The translations under genes and the position numbers were made by a program. DNA of 63,987 nucleotides, counting the filler, from an uncultured bacterium (lineage in GTDB: Bacteria > CAYJRR01): assembly GCA_964372275.1 (NCBI GenBank). It is 3 parts of 3 records of this genome, joined end to end, with 100 filler letters (N's around TTAATTAATTAA, not from the genome) between each part and the next. Parts side by side here need not be neighbours in the genome. Positions count along the whole stretch, not along the records: positions 1 to 28,132 come from CAYJRR010000059.1; 2 more parts are not named here. The stretch is one strand, 5' to 3'. Shown piece after piece: positions 1 to 8,486 of the stretch. The notes beneath the pieces were generated by a model, which saw only the letters and a program-made list of their open reading frames with translations, was not told the DNA's origin and searched no databases. Position 1 is the stretch's first letter. The number at the start of each line of letters is the position of its first letter.

Positions 1-288
1 CTAGCCGATCCCGGTACAAGTTCTGGCGCCACAAGCGGGCGGAGCACCTGGCGGGGGCCGAGGCTGCCAACCAGCTCAGCTATCTCGCCCCGGAGCTCTA
101 CAACCGCGAGAAGGTCAAGGGCGGGCGCTCGCCCGCCTCGCCGAGCGCTCTGGAGGCGCGCTCGGCGGTCGGGCCCGCGGCGGGGAGGATCCGGCGAAAT
201 CTGCGGAGCCCCGGGCTGCTGCAGGTCCGGTCTTCCTCACGGATGTCTGAAGGTCATCCCCGGGTGTATCGCATACGCCGCTCGACCT

Positions 289-1029
289 CTACGGCGCCGG
301 ATGGCAATCGGCGGGACCGCCGACGAACGTCACCGCCGGCTTCTTCAGATCGTCGATCCGAACGGGCACCGTCACCAGGGCGGTATTGTTCAGTGGCGAG
401 CCTTCTGCGCGAAACGAGGCCGCGCAATCGGGCATTTTCGATTTCGCCGACGACGGAACCACGTTCTTCTCGAGAACCTTCTTCCAGCAGGCCTCACCCT
501 CGAGTGCAAGAGGGCAATCGACCTGAAGCCGGTGCCGGTAGGCGACGGAAAGCGCGTTGGCCTTGCGACTCACTTTGAACCTCTCGAGGTTGCCTTCACC
601 CGCGAACACCTTCGTCCCCGATTCGAGATCGAAAATGGCGAACTCCTCGAGGTTTCCGAAGCTGTCGGGCGACCGCACGAACGCCCATGCCTCCACCGCA
701 CCCCAAAAGTAGCCGTCGCTCCCGGCGAGCGGAACCGCTGCCACCTCTGTTGCGCAGAGCGTTTCCGCGGTCGCGCGTTCCTTGCGGGCGAGCACCGAGA
801 TCGCGGTACCCATCACACCAGGGTCGCTCACTTCGATGACGACATGTTTCGGGAGTCCATGACACGTGCGAGAGATCTCCTTGCCGGGCGATAGCTCGCT
901 TGCGCCAAGCGAGGTCGTCAGCTTCCACTCCGCGCGATCGAACCCGGGATTCGACTCGCCGGCGTGAGCCGCCCGGAGGGCGAGAACCGCGAAGATCGTT
1001 CCGGCAATCGAGAAGCGAAGTGCGCCCAT
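289..1029 (-). CDS. Hypothetical secreted Cys-containing protein
   Basis: ORF with signal-peptide-like N-terminus (MGALRFSIAGTIFAVLALRAAHA) and several Cys; no family recognised. Confidence 0.6.
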   Translation of the reverse strand: MGALRFSIAGTIFAVLALRAAHAGESNPGFDRAEWKLTTSLGASELSPGKEISRTCHGLPKHVVIEVSDPGVMGTAISVLARKERATAETLCATEVAAVPLAGSDGYFWGAVEAWAFVRSPDSFGNLEEFAIFDLESGTKVFAGEGNLERFKVSRKANALSVAYRHRLQVDCPLALEGEACWKKVLEKNVVPSSAKSKMPDCAASFRAEGSPLNNTALVTVPVRIDDLKKPAVTFVGGPADCHPAP

Positions 1030-1138
1030 GAGACCAAGGCTATCAAGAAGAACGGAGTAGTGGCACTCCCCTCTCTCCAACGCAAACCGGCGCGCGCCTG
1101 GAAGCGGCGCGGCGGCGGTAGTCGATCCCGACACCGGC

Positions 1139-3565
1139 TCAGTACTCCAGGCGGACGCCGGCGTAGGGAAGCGTCGGGAGGCCGAGCACGTCGCGGCGCG
1201 CCGGGGGCGTCGGCGGCTGGCCGTCGGGGTCGCCGGCGGTGTAGGCGACGAACTCCGTATTTCTTCGTAGCTGGGCGTTCAGCACCTCGAGGAAGGCGGT
1301 CACCCGATACTGGGGGCGCTGCCAGGTGCGCTCGGCGCGCAGGTCGAGGCGCAGATAGGGCGGGTAGCGGGCGTCGTTGAGCGGGCCCATCTCGGACGGC
1401 ACCCAGATGTTCCGCGGGCCCGCGTCGTTGGTGGCGTCCGGCTCGACGCGGAACGCCTCGATCGGGGTGTAGGGCTTCCCCGATCCGAACCGCCCGGTCG
1501 CGGAGAAGGTCCAGCGGTCGTTCGGACGAAAGGATCCGACCAGGTTTCCGGTGTGGCGCTGGTCCTGGTACGGCGGGAAGTGCCGGTCGGCGGGATCGTC
1601 GATCAAGGGATTGAACGTCTCCACCTCCAGGAACGAATAGTTGAGCTCCACGCGTCCCCCACGCCCGACCTCGTGCCGCAGCGACAGCTCCGCCCCCCAG
1701 GCTTCGGTGCGGGCGGCGTTCTTGAAGGGCCGGTCGAGCTTCTCCAGGTCGTCGAGCGACGGGCGATCGAAGTCGACCGAGCCGAAGTCCTCGGGGAGAA
1801 TCTGATCGAAGATCTTCTTGTAGTACCCTTCGATCTGGATCCACGGGCCCCGCTCGCCGAGCGGCTCCCCTTCGTAGCCGGCGACCAGGTGGGTGGCGCG
1901 TTCGGCCCGGAGATCCGGATTGCCGAAGTCGGGGTCGAGCAGCACCGGATTGAGCGGCGGCTGGTGGAACAGGCCGCACGCCGCCTTGAGCGAGTGCCGC
2001 TCGCCGAGGGCGTACGACGCGTTCAGCCGCGGACCGACGTTCCACTCGTGGGTCGCGTCGGTCCAGGTCAGCCGCGCGCCGGGTTGCAGCGTCAGCCGCC
2101 CGATCGATCGCTTGTACTGCCCGTACAGTCCGGCGACGTGGAAGCCGCGCTCGGGGAACAGGTCGGTGAGCGGCAGGTTCGGGTCGCCGCCGAACGCGAC
2201 CCCGGGCTGCAGGCGGCGCACGTCCGCCATTCGCCCCGCCAGCCGGAAGAAGGCGCGGTTGAGGTAGAGGCCGGCGTCCCAGGCCGTCCCGCGCTCCGGC
2301 GCGGAGACCAGGTCGAGGCGCAGCGAGTCGTTGAGCGCGTCGACGTCGACCGCCAGCGGATCGGTGCCGACGGAGCTCGCGCGGAGGCGGTCGTCGACGC
2401 GGGAGAGGCTGGTCTTGAGCAGCGCCGATCCGCCGATCACCCGCGTCCACCGGATCCACCCGAGCAGTTGCCGGTCGTCGAAGCCGATCTCGTCCTCGAT
2501 CCCCTTCTCCGGATCGTCGATCGCGAACTCCGAGAGGCGGTTGCGCACGTAGAGGCCGTTCACGCCGACGGTGTCCCGCGCCCCGATGCGCCACGTCCCG
2601 CGGGCGAACAGGTCGAGGAAGTAGGGGGCGGCGACCGGATCGTCGCCGCCGCTGCGGCCGAGGAGGAACAGGATCGGCTCGTAGTCGCTGCGCCGCGCGG
2701 AGAGAAGCCAACCGTCGGGGAGGAGGCGCGCGGCCCCCTCTCCCGCCGGACGGCCCCCTTCGAGCCGCGTATTGACGCTGATCAGCGACGCCTCGGCCAT
2801 CGCGTGGAGGCGGTCGCTCCGCGGCTCCTTGTACCGGATGGCGATGATCCCCGAGAGCGCCTCGGGGAAGGAGGCGAGCTGGCCGCCGGTATAGACCGAC
2901 GCCTCCTCCAGGAGGTCGGCGTTGAAGATCGTCCCGCCGCCGACCGGCTGGAACGGGTTGAAGACGAGCACGTCGTCCAGGAAGAAGTAGGTCTGGTAGA
3001 CGTCGCCGCCGCGGATGTAGAGAACCGGCGCGTAGTCGGAAACCGGGACGATCCCCGGCTTCAGCGTGAGTGCGCGGGTCACGTCCTCCATCGAACCCGG
3101 GGTGCGGTCGACGACGCCGGCCTCGACGCGGTGGCTGGAGAGGGTCGGCGACGGATCGACGCGCGGGCGGCGATCCTCGGAAATGGTCATCTCCTGACCG
3201 GCGGCCTCGATCGGTGCCGGGAGCAGGCGGACGACGAGCGGCCCGCCACCGGGGTCGAGGTCGCGGAGCGTGGTGGCGAGATAGCCGTCGGCGACGGCGG
3301 TCACGTCGACGCGCGCCGGAAAGGCGGCGGCGATCCGAAACGACCCGTCGGACCCGGTGCGGCCTTCGGCGAGGGGGGCGGCCGTGCCCGGCTCCGCCGT
3401 CGCCGAGGCGCGGACGGCGACGCGCGCGCCGGCGATCGGGCGATCGTCGGTCACGTCCCGGACGTGCCCGGCGAGCGTCGACGCGGCGGCGCGCTCCGCG
3501 GGCGCGGCGAGCGCCGCCACGCACGCGATCCGGAGTCCGAAGCGGCCGAGGATACGGGCGCGCAC
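1139..3565 (-). CDS. TonB-dependent receptor with N-terminal carboxypeptidase-regulatory-like domain
   Basis: Signal peptide; LAGHVRD...PIAGARV N-domain; plug motif LYIRGG...LDDV; barrel-type C-terminus ending GVRLEY. Confidence 0.9.
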   Translation of the reverse strand: MRARILGRFGLRIACVAALAAPAERAAASTLAGHVRDVTDDRPIAGARVAVRASATAEPGTAAPLAEGRTGSDGSFRIAAAFPARVDVTAVADGYLATTLRDLDPGGGPLVVRLLPAPIEAAGQEMTISEDRRPRVDPSPTLSSHRVEAGVVDRTPGSMEDVTRALTLKPGIVPVSDYAPVLYIRGGDVYQTYFFLDDVLVFNPFQPVGGGTIFNADLLEEASVYTGGQLASFPEALSGIIAIRYKEPRSDRLHAMAEASLISVNTRLEGGRPAGEGAARLLPDGWLLSARRSDYEPILFLLGRSGGDDPVAAPYFLDLFARGTWRIGARDTVGVNGLYVRNRLSEFAIDDPEKGIEDEIGFDDRQLLGWIRWTRVIGGSALLKTSLSRVDDRLRASSVGTDPLAVDVDALNDSLRLDLVSAPERGTAWDAGLYLNRAFFRLAGRMADVRRLQPGVAFGGDPNLPLTDLFPERGFHVAGLYGQYKRSIGRLTLQPGARLTWTDATHEWNVGPRLNASYALGERHSLKAACGLFHQPPLNPVLLDPDFGNPDLRAERATHLVAGYEGEPLGERGPWIQIEGYYKKIFDQILPEDFGSVDFDRPSLDDLEKLDRPFKNAARTEAWGAELSLRHEVGRGGRVELNYSFLEVETFNPLIDDPADRHFPPYQDQRHTGNLVGSFRPNDRWTFSATGRFGSGKPYTPIEAFRVEPDATNDAGPRNIWVPSEMGPLNDARYPPYLRLDLRAERTWQRPQYRVTAFLEVLNAQLRRNTEFVAYTAGDPDGQPPTPPARRDVLGLPTLPYAGVRLEY

Positions 3566-3618
3566 GTCCGTCCGTTCTCTACCATCGGCTGCGCGGCGCG
3601 TGCTAGCGTCACCGACCG

Positions 3619-4845
3619 ATGTCCGTCGGCGCGGTCGCGCTCCTCTTCGCCCTCAAGGGGCCCTACGTGAGCGCGATCTCCCACCAGGCGGCCGAGGTCC
3701 GCTGGGAGGCCCCCGTCCTCGCCGGCTCGCCCGCGCTCGTCCTCGGCAGCGGCGGCGCATGGAGCGTCACCGTCAAGGCCGACCTCGAAGACGGAATGGC
3801 GGTCGCCCGGATCGAGGGGCTACGGCCCGACACCGCCTACCGCTACCGCGCGGAGGTCCCGGGCGGATGGAGCCCGACCCAATCGCTGCGCACCTTTCCC
3901 ACGACCGGATCGCCGGTCGAGTTCGTCGTCTTCGGCGACACGCGGAACGACCACGCGACCCACGCGCGGATCGCCGACCGGATCGCCGCCGAGAGCCCCG
4001 ACTTCGTCGTCAATACCGGAGACCTCGTCGCCGACGGAACCGAGCCCACCCATTGGGACGCGTTCTTCGAAGCCGAGCGGCGGCTCCTCGCCGTCGCGCC
4101 GCTCTTTCCGGCGGTGGGCAATCACGACGCGCGCGGACTCCTGAACCGTTCGCTCCTCCCGCGCTACTTCCCCGGCGGCCGCTACCGGAGCGTGCGCGCC
4201 GGCTCGGCCGCGCTGCTGATCCTCGACAGCACGCAGTCGATCTCCACCGGCTCGGAGCAGGGCCGTTGGCTCCTGCGCGCGTTGCAGGAGGCGCGTGCCG
4301 CCGTCGATCGCGGCGAGGCGCGGTGGATCTTCGCCGTTCACCACCATCCGGTCTGGTCCTCCGGCCACCACGGAGGCGACCGCGCGCTCCGGCGGGAGCT
4401 CGTCCCGCTCTACGAGCGGTTCGGCGTGACGGCGGTCTTCTCCGGACACGACCACCTCTACGAACGGCTGGAGAGCGGCGGGATCACCTACTTCGTGACC
4501 GGCGGCGGTGGCGCCCCGCTCTACGAGTCGACCGGCCTCCCCGAGACCCGCGCCCGCGCGAAGTCGCATCACTACCTGCGGGTGACCGCCGACGAGACGG
4601 CGTTGACGGTCGTCGCCGTCGATCCGGCCGGAAACGTGCTCGACCGGACCACCTTCTCGCCGGCAAGCCCGCCGGCCCCCGCGCGGCGGGATCGGCTGCC
4701 GGCGCTCGCCCCGTTCGGCGGCCTGGCGCTGGCCGCCGCCGCGGCGTGGCGATGGAGCGGCCGGCTCTCCCGCGGCAGAGGTCCGAGGGCGGTCCTCGAG
4801 GAGCGCGCGGCGCGGACCTCTACCGAGACGACCGGCGGCGAGTGA
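3619..4845 (+). CDS. Purple acid phosphatase-like metallophosphoesterase with FN3-like domain and C-terminal hydrophobic segment
   Basis: Motifs FGDTR, TGDLV, GNHD, HHP, GHDH. Confidence 0.88.
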   Translation: MSVGAVALLFALKGPYVSAISHQAAEVRWEAPVLAGSPALVLGSGGAWSVTVKADLEDGMAVARIEGLRPDTAYRYRAEVPGGWSPTQSLRTFPTTGSPVEFVVFGDTRNDHATHARIADRIAAESPDFVVNTGDLVADGTEPTHWDAFFEAERRLLAVAPLFPAVGNHDARGLLNRSLLPRYFPGGRYRSVRAGSAALLILDSTQSISTGSEQGRWLLRALQEARAAVDRGEARWIFAVHHHPVWSSGHHGGDRALRRELVPLYERFGVTAVFSGHDHLYERLESGGITYFVTGGGGAPLYESTGLPETRARAKSHHYLRVTADETALTVVAVDPAGNVLDRTTFSPASPPAPARRDRLPALAPFGGLALAAAAAWRWSGRLSRGRGPRAVLEERAARTSTETTGGE

Positions 4846-6097
4846 CCGCCAGGCCGAACGCCAAGGCGCCCAGGGCCGCGACCGCCGCCGGCGCAATGCC
4901 GCCACGCAGGCGACCCACGTCGCACGACCCGCCTCCGCCGCCGTCACGCGCCGCCGGGTCGGCCGGACCGACCGCGGTCACCTCCCACGGGCCGCGGCCC
5001 CCGCCCGACCCGCCCCCGCCGCTTCCGCTGGGTGGGCCCTTCTGGATCCGCCGCTCGTCGATCAGCGATCCGTCCGGCCGATAGGCGCGCAGGTCGAGAA
5101 CCCCGCCGTCGAGGTCGGCGATCACCGCATGGCGCACCGATTCGGCGATCACCTGTCCCTCCACCGGCGACTCCATCGAACGCGGCGAGACGCCGCCGCC
5201 GCCGGTCACCAGGTAGACGATCCCGTCCCGCTCGATCCGCTCGTAGTTGTGGTCGTGCCCGGCGAAGACGACGTCGACGCCGTACTGCTTGTAGAGCGGA
5301 TTCAGGTGGGTGAGCACGCTGCCGGTGTTGCCGTGCATCCCCGACGAGTAGGCGGGGTGATGGTGGTAGGCGAAGATCCACTCGACGGCGGGATCGGCGC
5401 TCGCCTCCGCCAGCTCCGACTGGATCCACTGGTACTGCGACGAGCCGGAGCCGTGGCTGGAGTTGGTGTCGATCGCCAGGAAGAAGGCGTTCCCCCAACG
5501 AAACGAATAGTAGTTCGGCCGGGCGAAGCCGAACTGGTACTGCGAGGGGGAGTCGTGGTTCCCCGGCGCCGGGAAGATCGGCGCGTTCTTCAGGAGCTCC
5601 GCTTCCACCGCGAAGAACTGCGTGTAGTCGGTCCCGTCGACGATGTCGCCCGTGTTGAGGAAGAAGTCGGGAGCGAACGGGACGATCGAGGCGACCACGG
5701 CGGCATGACCGGACGAATCGGAACGGTTGTCGCCGGTGACGGCGAAGCGGAACGGTTCCGGCTGCGCCGGCGCGGTGACGAACGATCCGACGGGGCTGGT
5801 ATCGCCCCCCGAGATCACCCGGTACTGGAATCCCTGCGAGGGGGCGAGGCCGTTCACCGTGGCGCGGTAGAGCGCCCCCGAGATCGCCTGCGCGTCGACG
5901 GCGTGGTCGAAGGTGCCTCCGATGCCGTACTCCAGGCGCTGGGTCCCGCCGGCGCTTCCCGCCTGCCAGGCGACGGTCACGGTGGAGGAGGTGGCGTCCT
6001 GGATCCACGGCCTCCGCACGAAGGCGGCCTGCGCGGGGGTGGCAAGGAGCAGGAGTCCGGCGCTGCCGAGGACTGCGGTCGTCGATCGGGGGAGCAT
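4820..6097 (-). CDS. Purple acid phosphatase-like metallophosphoesterase, secreted, MYXO-CTERM-like tail
   Basis: Start MLPRSTTAVLG; motifs TGDNR, TGDIV, GNHD, HHP, GHDH; tail GGGSCDV-hydrophobic-RRR. Confidence 0.88.
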   Translation of the reverse strand: MLPRSTTAVLGSAGLLLLATPAQAAFVRRPWIQDATSSTVTVAWQAGSAGGTQRLEYGIGGTFDHAVDAQAISGALYRATVNGLAPSQGFQYRVISGGDTSPVGSFVTAPAQPEPFRFAVTGDNRSDSSGHAAVVASIVPFAPDFFLNTGDIVDGTDYTQFFAVEAELLKNAPIFPAPGNHDSPSQYQFGFARPNYYSFRWGNAFFLAIDTNSSHGSGSSQYQWIQSELAEASADPAVEWIFAYHHHPAYSSGMHGNTGSVLTHLNPLYKQYGVDVVFAGHDHNYERIERDGIVYLVTGGGGVSPRSMESPVEGQVIAESVRHAVIADLDGGVLDLRAYRPDGSLIDERRIQKGPPSGSGGGGSGGGRGPWEVTAVGPADPAARDGGGGGSCDVGRLRGGIAPAAVAALGALAFGLAVTRRRSSR

Positions 6098-6142
6098 GCT
6101 CGTCCTTTCGTCGTGGTGGATCGACCGCTCCCCCTTCACCCG

Positions 6143-6158
6143 AGCAATCGGCGTGCCC
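6143..6158 (-). promoter_or_regulatory. Putative sigma-54 (-24/-12) promoter for the phosphatase gene
   Basis: Minus strand GGGCACGCCGATTGCT has GG-N10-GC spacing, ~45 nt upstream of the ATG at 6097. Confidence 0.6.
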
Positions 6159-6246
6159 CTCCCCGTGAGCCTGCAAAACCCCGGAACGCGCCGGTCTCTT
6201 CCGGAAAAAACGCGGCCCGGACCGGCCGGCGCTCGCGTCGCTCCGG

Positions 6247-6831
6247 TCACATCCGGGGCTCCGCCCCTCCGATCAGCCGCCGCACGTTCGCCTTGTGGCG
6301 GATCAACACCAGCGCCGCGATCCCGGCGGCCAACGGCAGCCATCCACGCGATTCGGGACGCAGCACCAAGAGGACGAGGAGCGTCGGCATGGCCGAAAGC
6401 GCGCCGATCGACGACACCCGCGTCGCAAGGACGACGATCCCCCACACCGCCGCCGCCCCGAGGGTCGCGATCGGCGCCAGCGCCAGGAAGACACCGGCGG
6501 AGGTGGCCACCCCTTTCCCTCCCTGGAAACCGAGAAAGATCGAGAAGCAGTGCCCGGCGACGCACAGGAGGCCCGCCGCCGACACGAGCCACCACGGGCC
6601 GCCGCTCGCGCGCGCCACGAGGACCGGCACCAGGCCCTTCAGGAGGTCGACCGCCAGCGTGACGAGCCCGAGCCGGCGGCCGAGGGCGCGCGCCACGTTG
6701 GTCGCGCCGATGTTCCCGCTGCCGACGGTCCGCACGTCGATCCCCTTCCAACGGCCGAGCAGGACGCCGGTCGGGAACGACCCGGCCAGGTAGGACAAGA
6801 CGAGCAGCGCCGCGGCGGCGAACGTACTCAC
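6247..6831 (-). CDS. plsY: Glycerol-3-phosphate 1-O-acyltransferase PlsY
   Basis: YLAGSFP, GSGNIGATNVAR, GHCFSIF..FQGGKGVAT, RHKANV motifs; GTG start after AGGAAG. Confidence 0.95.
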   Translation of the reverse strand: MSTFAAAALLVLSYLAGSFPTGVLLGRWKGIDVRTVGSGNIGATNVARALGRRLGLVTLAVDLLKGLVPVLVARASGGPWWLVSAAGLLCVAGHCFSIFLGFQGGKGVATSAGVFLALAPIATLGAAAVWGIVVLATRVSSIGALSAMPTLLVLLVLRPESRGWLPLAAGIAALVLIRHKANVRRLIGGAEPRM

Positions 6832-6839
6832 CTTCCTGC

Positions 6840-7274
6840 CTAGCGCACGTACTTCAGGGAGAGGATCTCGATCGTCCGTTCGGCGAGCGCGTCGTCGATG
6901 CCGAGCGCCGCCTGGATCGCCTCGAGCATCCGCTCCTCGGCCTCGTCGATCGTGCCGTTGGACAGCGCCAGATCGACCGCCAGCACGAAACACTTCTTCC
7001 GCACCCGCTCGTCTTCGATCTTCGTCAGCGCCTCGACCGAGCCGGCCAATCCGCCGTGTCGCGCGACGATCTTGTTGGCCTCCGGAAGCAGCTCGGCGAA
7101 CTCCTTCCCGTCGAACTCGGGCAGGGTGTTGAAGTAGGCCTCGATCATCGACAGTTCCGGACCCTCCATCACCCCGTCGGCCGAGCTGATCAGCATCATG
7201 GCGTGCAGCAGGAGGACGTCGTCGGTCGGACGCTTCGCCGGTGGCGTGGCGGCAAGCTTTGATAACAGGCCCAT
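6840..7274 (-). CDS. TerB-family (tellurite-resistance-like) protein
   Basis: Duplicated ADG..E / SNG.IDEAE helical motifs typical of TerB-like proteins. Confidence 0.8.
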   Translation of the reverse strand: MGLLSKLAATPPAKRPTDDVLLLHAMMLISSADGVMEGPELSMIEAYFNTLPEFDGKEFAELLPEANKIVARHGGLAGSVEALTKIEDERVRKKCFVLAVDLALSNGTIDEAEERMLEAIQAALGIDDALAERTIEILSLKYVR

Positions 7275-7414
7275 TCGTTCTCCCACGGGGACGCGGCGTC
7301 CCCGGCGCGCCGGACCCTACCGCCGCCGGCGCCGGAGGACAACGACGCCCCGGGGGCGACATCGAGAATCCACCCACCGGACAAGGGGATCGCGTCTTTC
7401 CGGGCGGTTGCGCG

Positions 7415-7430
7415 CGGCACGCCGATTGCC
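7415..7430 (+). promoter_or_regulatory. Putative sigma-54 (-24/-12) promoter
   Basis: CGGCACGCCGATTGCC, GG-N10-GC, ~40 nt upstream of ATG 7472. Confidence 0.6.
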
Positions 7431-7444
7431 TCCCGCGGGCCAGA

Positions 7445-7460
7445 CTGAATATACATTCAG
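7445..7460. promoter_or_regulatory. Palindromic operator CTGAAT-N4-ATTCAG
   Basis: AT-rich perfect 6-bp inverted repeat between the putative promoter and the RBS (AAAGGA). Confidence 0.55.
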
Positions 7461-7471
7461 AAAGGAACGCC

Positions 7472-8383
7472 ATGACCTCGCGGTTCGCTTCGCTGCTCAC
7501 GATCCTGTCGCTCTCGTCGACCACCGCCCTGGCCGCGCATGGCGGCGGCGCGTTCGGAGGTTTCCTCCCCGTCACGACCCAGACCGGCCGGGTGGTCGCC
7601 ACCCCCGTGATCTGCGTGACCTGGCCCTGCCCGCCGCTGGTCGAGCTGGTGTCCGGCGACCGGCGCGCGGTGATCACCGGTCCGCTCGCGAGCGAGATCG
7701 CCGCGTTCTCCGGCCGGATCGTCACCGTCCGCGGAAACCGCTACGACGCCTCGACCGGTTGGGCGAACGAGGTCGAGGCGCTGGACTTCGTGCCGGGGCG
7801 CGCCACGGAGTTCGTCACCGGCGAGGTGCGCTCGGACTTCGACTGTTCCGGCGACCGGACCGGCGAGTGCAAGCCGATCGCCTGGCTCGACCTCTCGGAC
7901 GGCGAGCGGGTGCAGATCCCGAACGCCGAGGTGGCCAAGACGTTGATGGCGGTGAACGGCGCGAAGGTGAAGATGAAGGGCCGATTCGGCACCGGCACGT
8001 GCGGCGCCGGCATCTCCTGCCGCACCTTCCAGCCGACGAGCCGTCGGATCTCGGTGGAAGGGATCCTGGACGCGCCGCTGTCCACCCTCCCGGGCCTGCC
8101 GCCGTCGACGTACGTCCTTCTCTTCCCGAACGGCACCTCGATCGACGTCGACACCCGATCGAACCTCGTCGACCGGCTCCGGGGACGGCTGTGGCTCACC
8201 GGCCGCATCGACGATGCCGACGGACCGGCTCGCTTCCGCGCGGTGAGCGCGAGCCGCGCCGTCTTCGACTACGTCGGCGCGGTGATGAGCGAGGGGGCCA
8301 ACCCGGGTCGCCACGACGCCACCCGCGGCGGGGCCCCCATTCCGACGACCGCCCCCGCCACCGGCGCCGGCCAGCGCCGCTGA
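7472..8383 (+). CDS. Hypothetical secreted protein with paired cysteines
   Basis: RBS AAAGGA; signal peptide MTSRFASLLTILSLSSTTALA; CVTWPCP and other Cys pairs. Confidence 0.7.
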   Translation: MTSRFASLLTILSLSSTTALAAHGGGAFGGFLPVTTQTGRVVATPVICVTWPCPPLVELVSGDRRAVITGPLASEIAAFSGRIVTVRGNRYDASTGWANEVEALDFVPGRATEFVTGEVRSDFDCSGDRTGECKPIAWLDLSDGERVQIPNAEVAKTLMAVNGAKVKMKGRFGTGTCGAGISCRTFQPTSRRISVEGILDAPLSTLPGLPPSTYVLLFPNGTSIDVDTRSNLVDRLRGRLWLTGRIDDADGPARFRAVSASRAVFDYVGAVMSEGANPGRHDATRGGAPIPTTAPATGAGQRR

Positions 8384-8428
8384 CCACCGGGGCCCCACGG
8401 TCCCTTCCCTGCGCCCGACCCGCGATGT

Positions 8429-8470
8429 AAGGTCCGCCCCCCCGAAACGGGGTGGTGGACCTTTCGTCTT
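8429..8470 (+). terminator. Probable intrinsic terminator
   Basis: AAGGTCCGCCCCCCCG-AAA-CGGGGTGGTGGACCTT hairpin followed by T-rich TTTCGTCTT. Confidence 0.55.
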
Positions 8471-8486
8471 CTTGAGGAGTGGACCG

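Noticed and set aside
1-288. Open plus-strand frame from the window start (SRYKFWRHKRAEHLAG...) running to 578
   Set aside because: No recognisable motif, and its 3' part overlaps a better-supported minus-strand gene
918-3524. Many very long Arg/Pro/Gly-rich ORFs (e.g. 918-3524, 10831-13365, 30869-33793, 35803-38550)
   Set aside because: Shadow ORFs from high GC in alternative frames or antisense to clear genes
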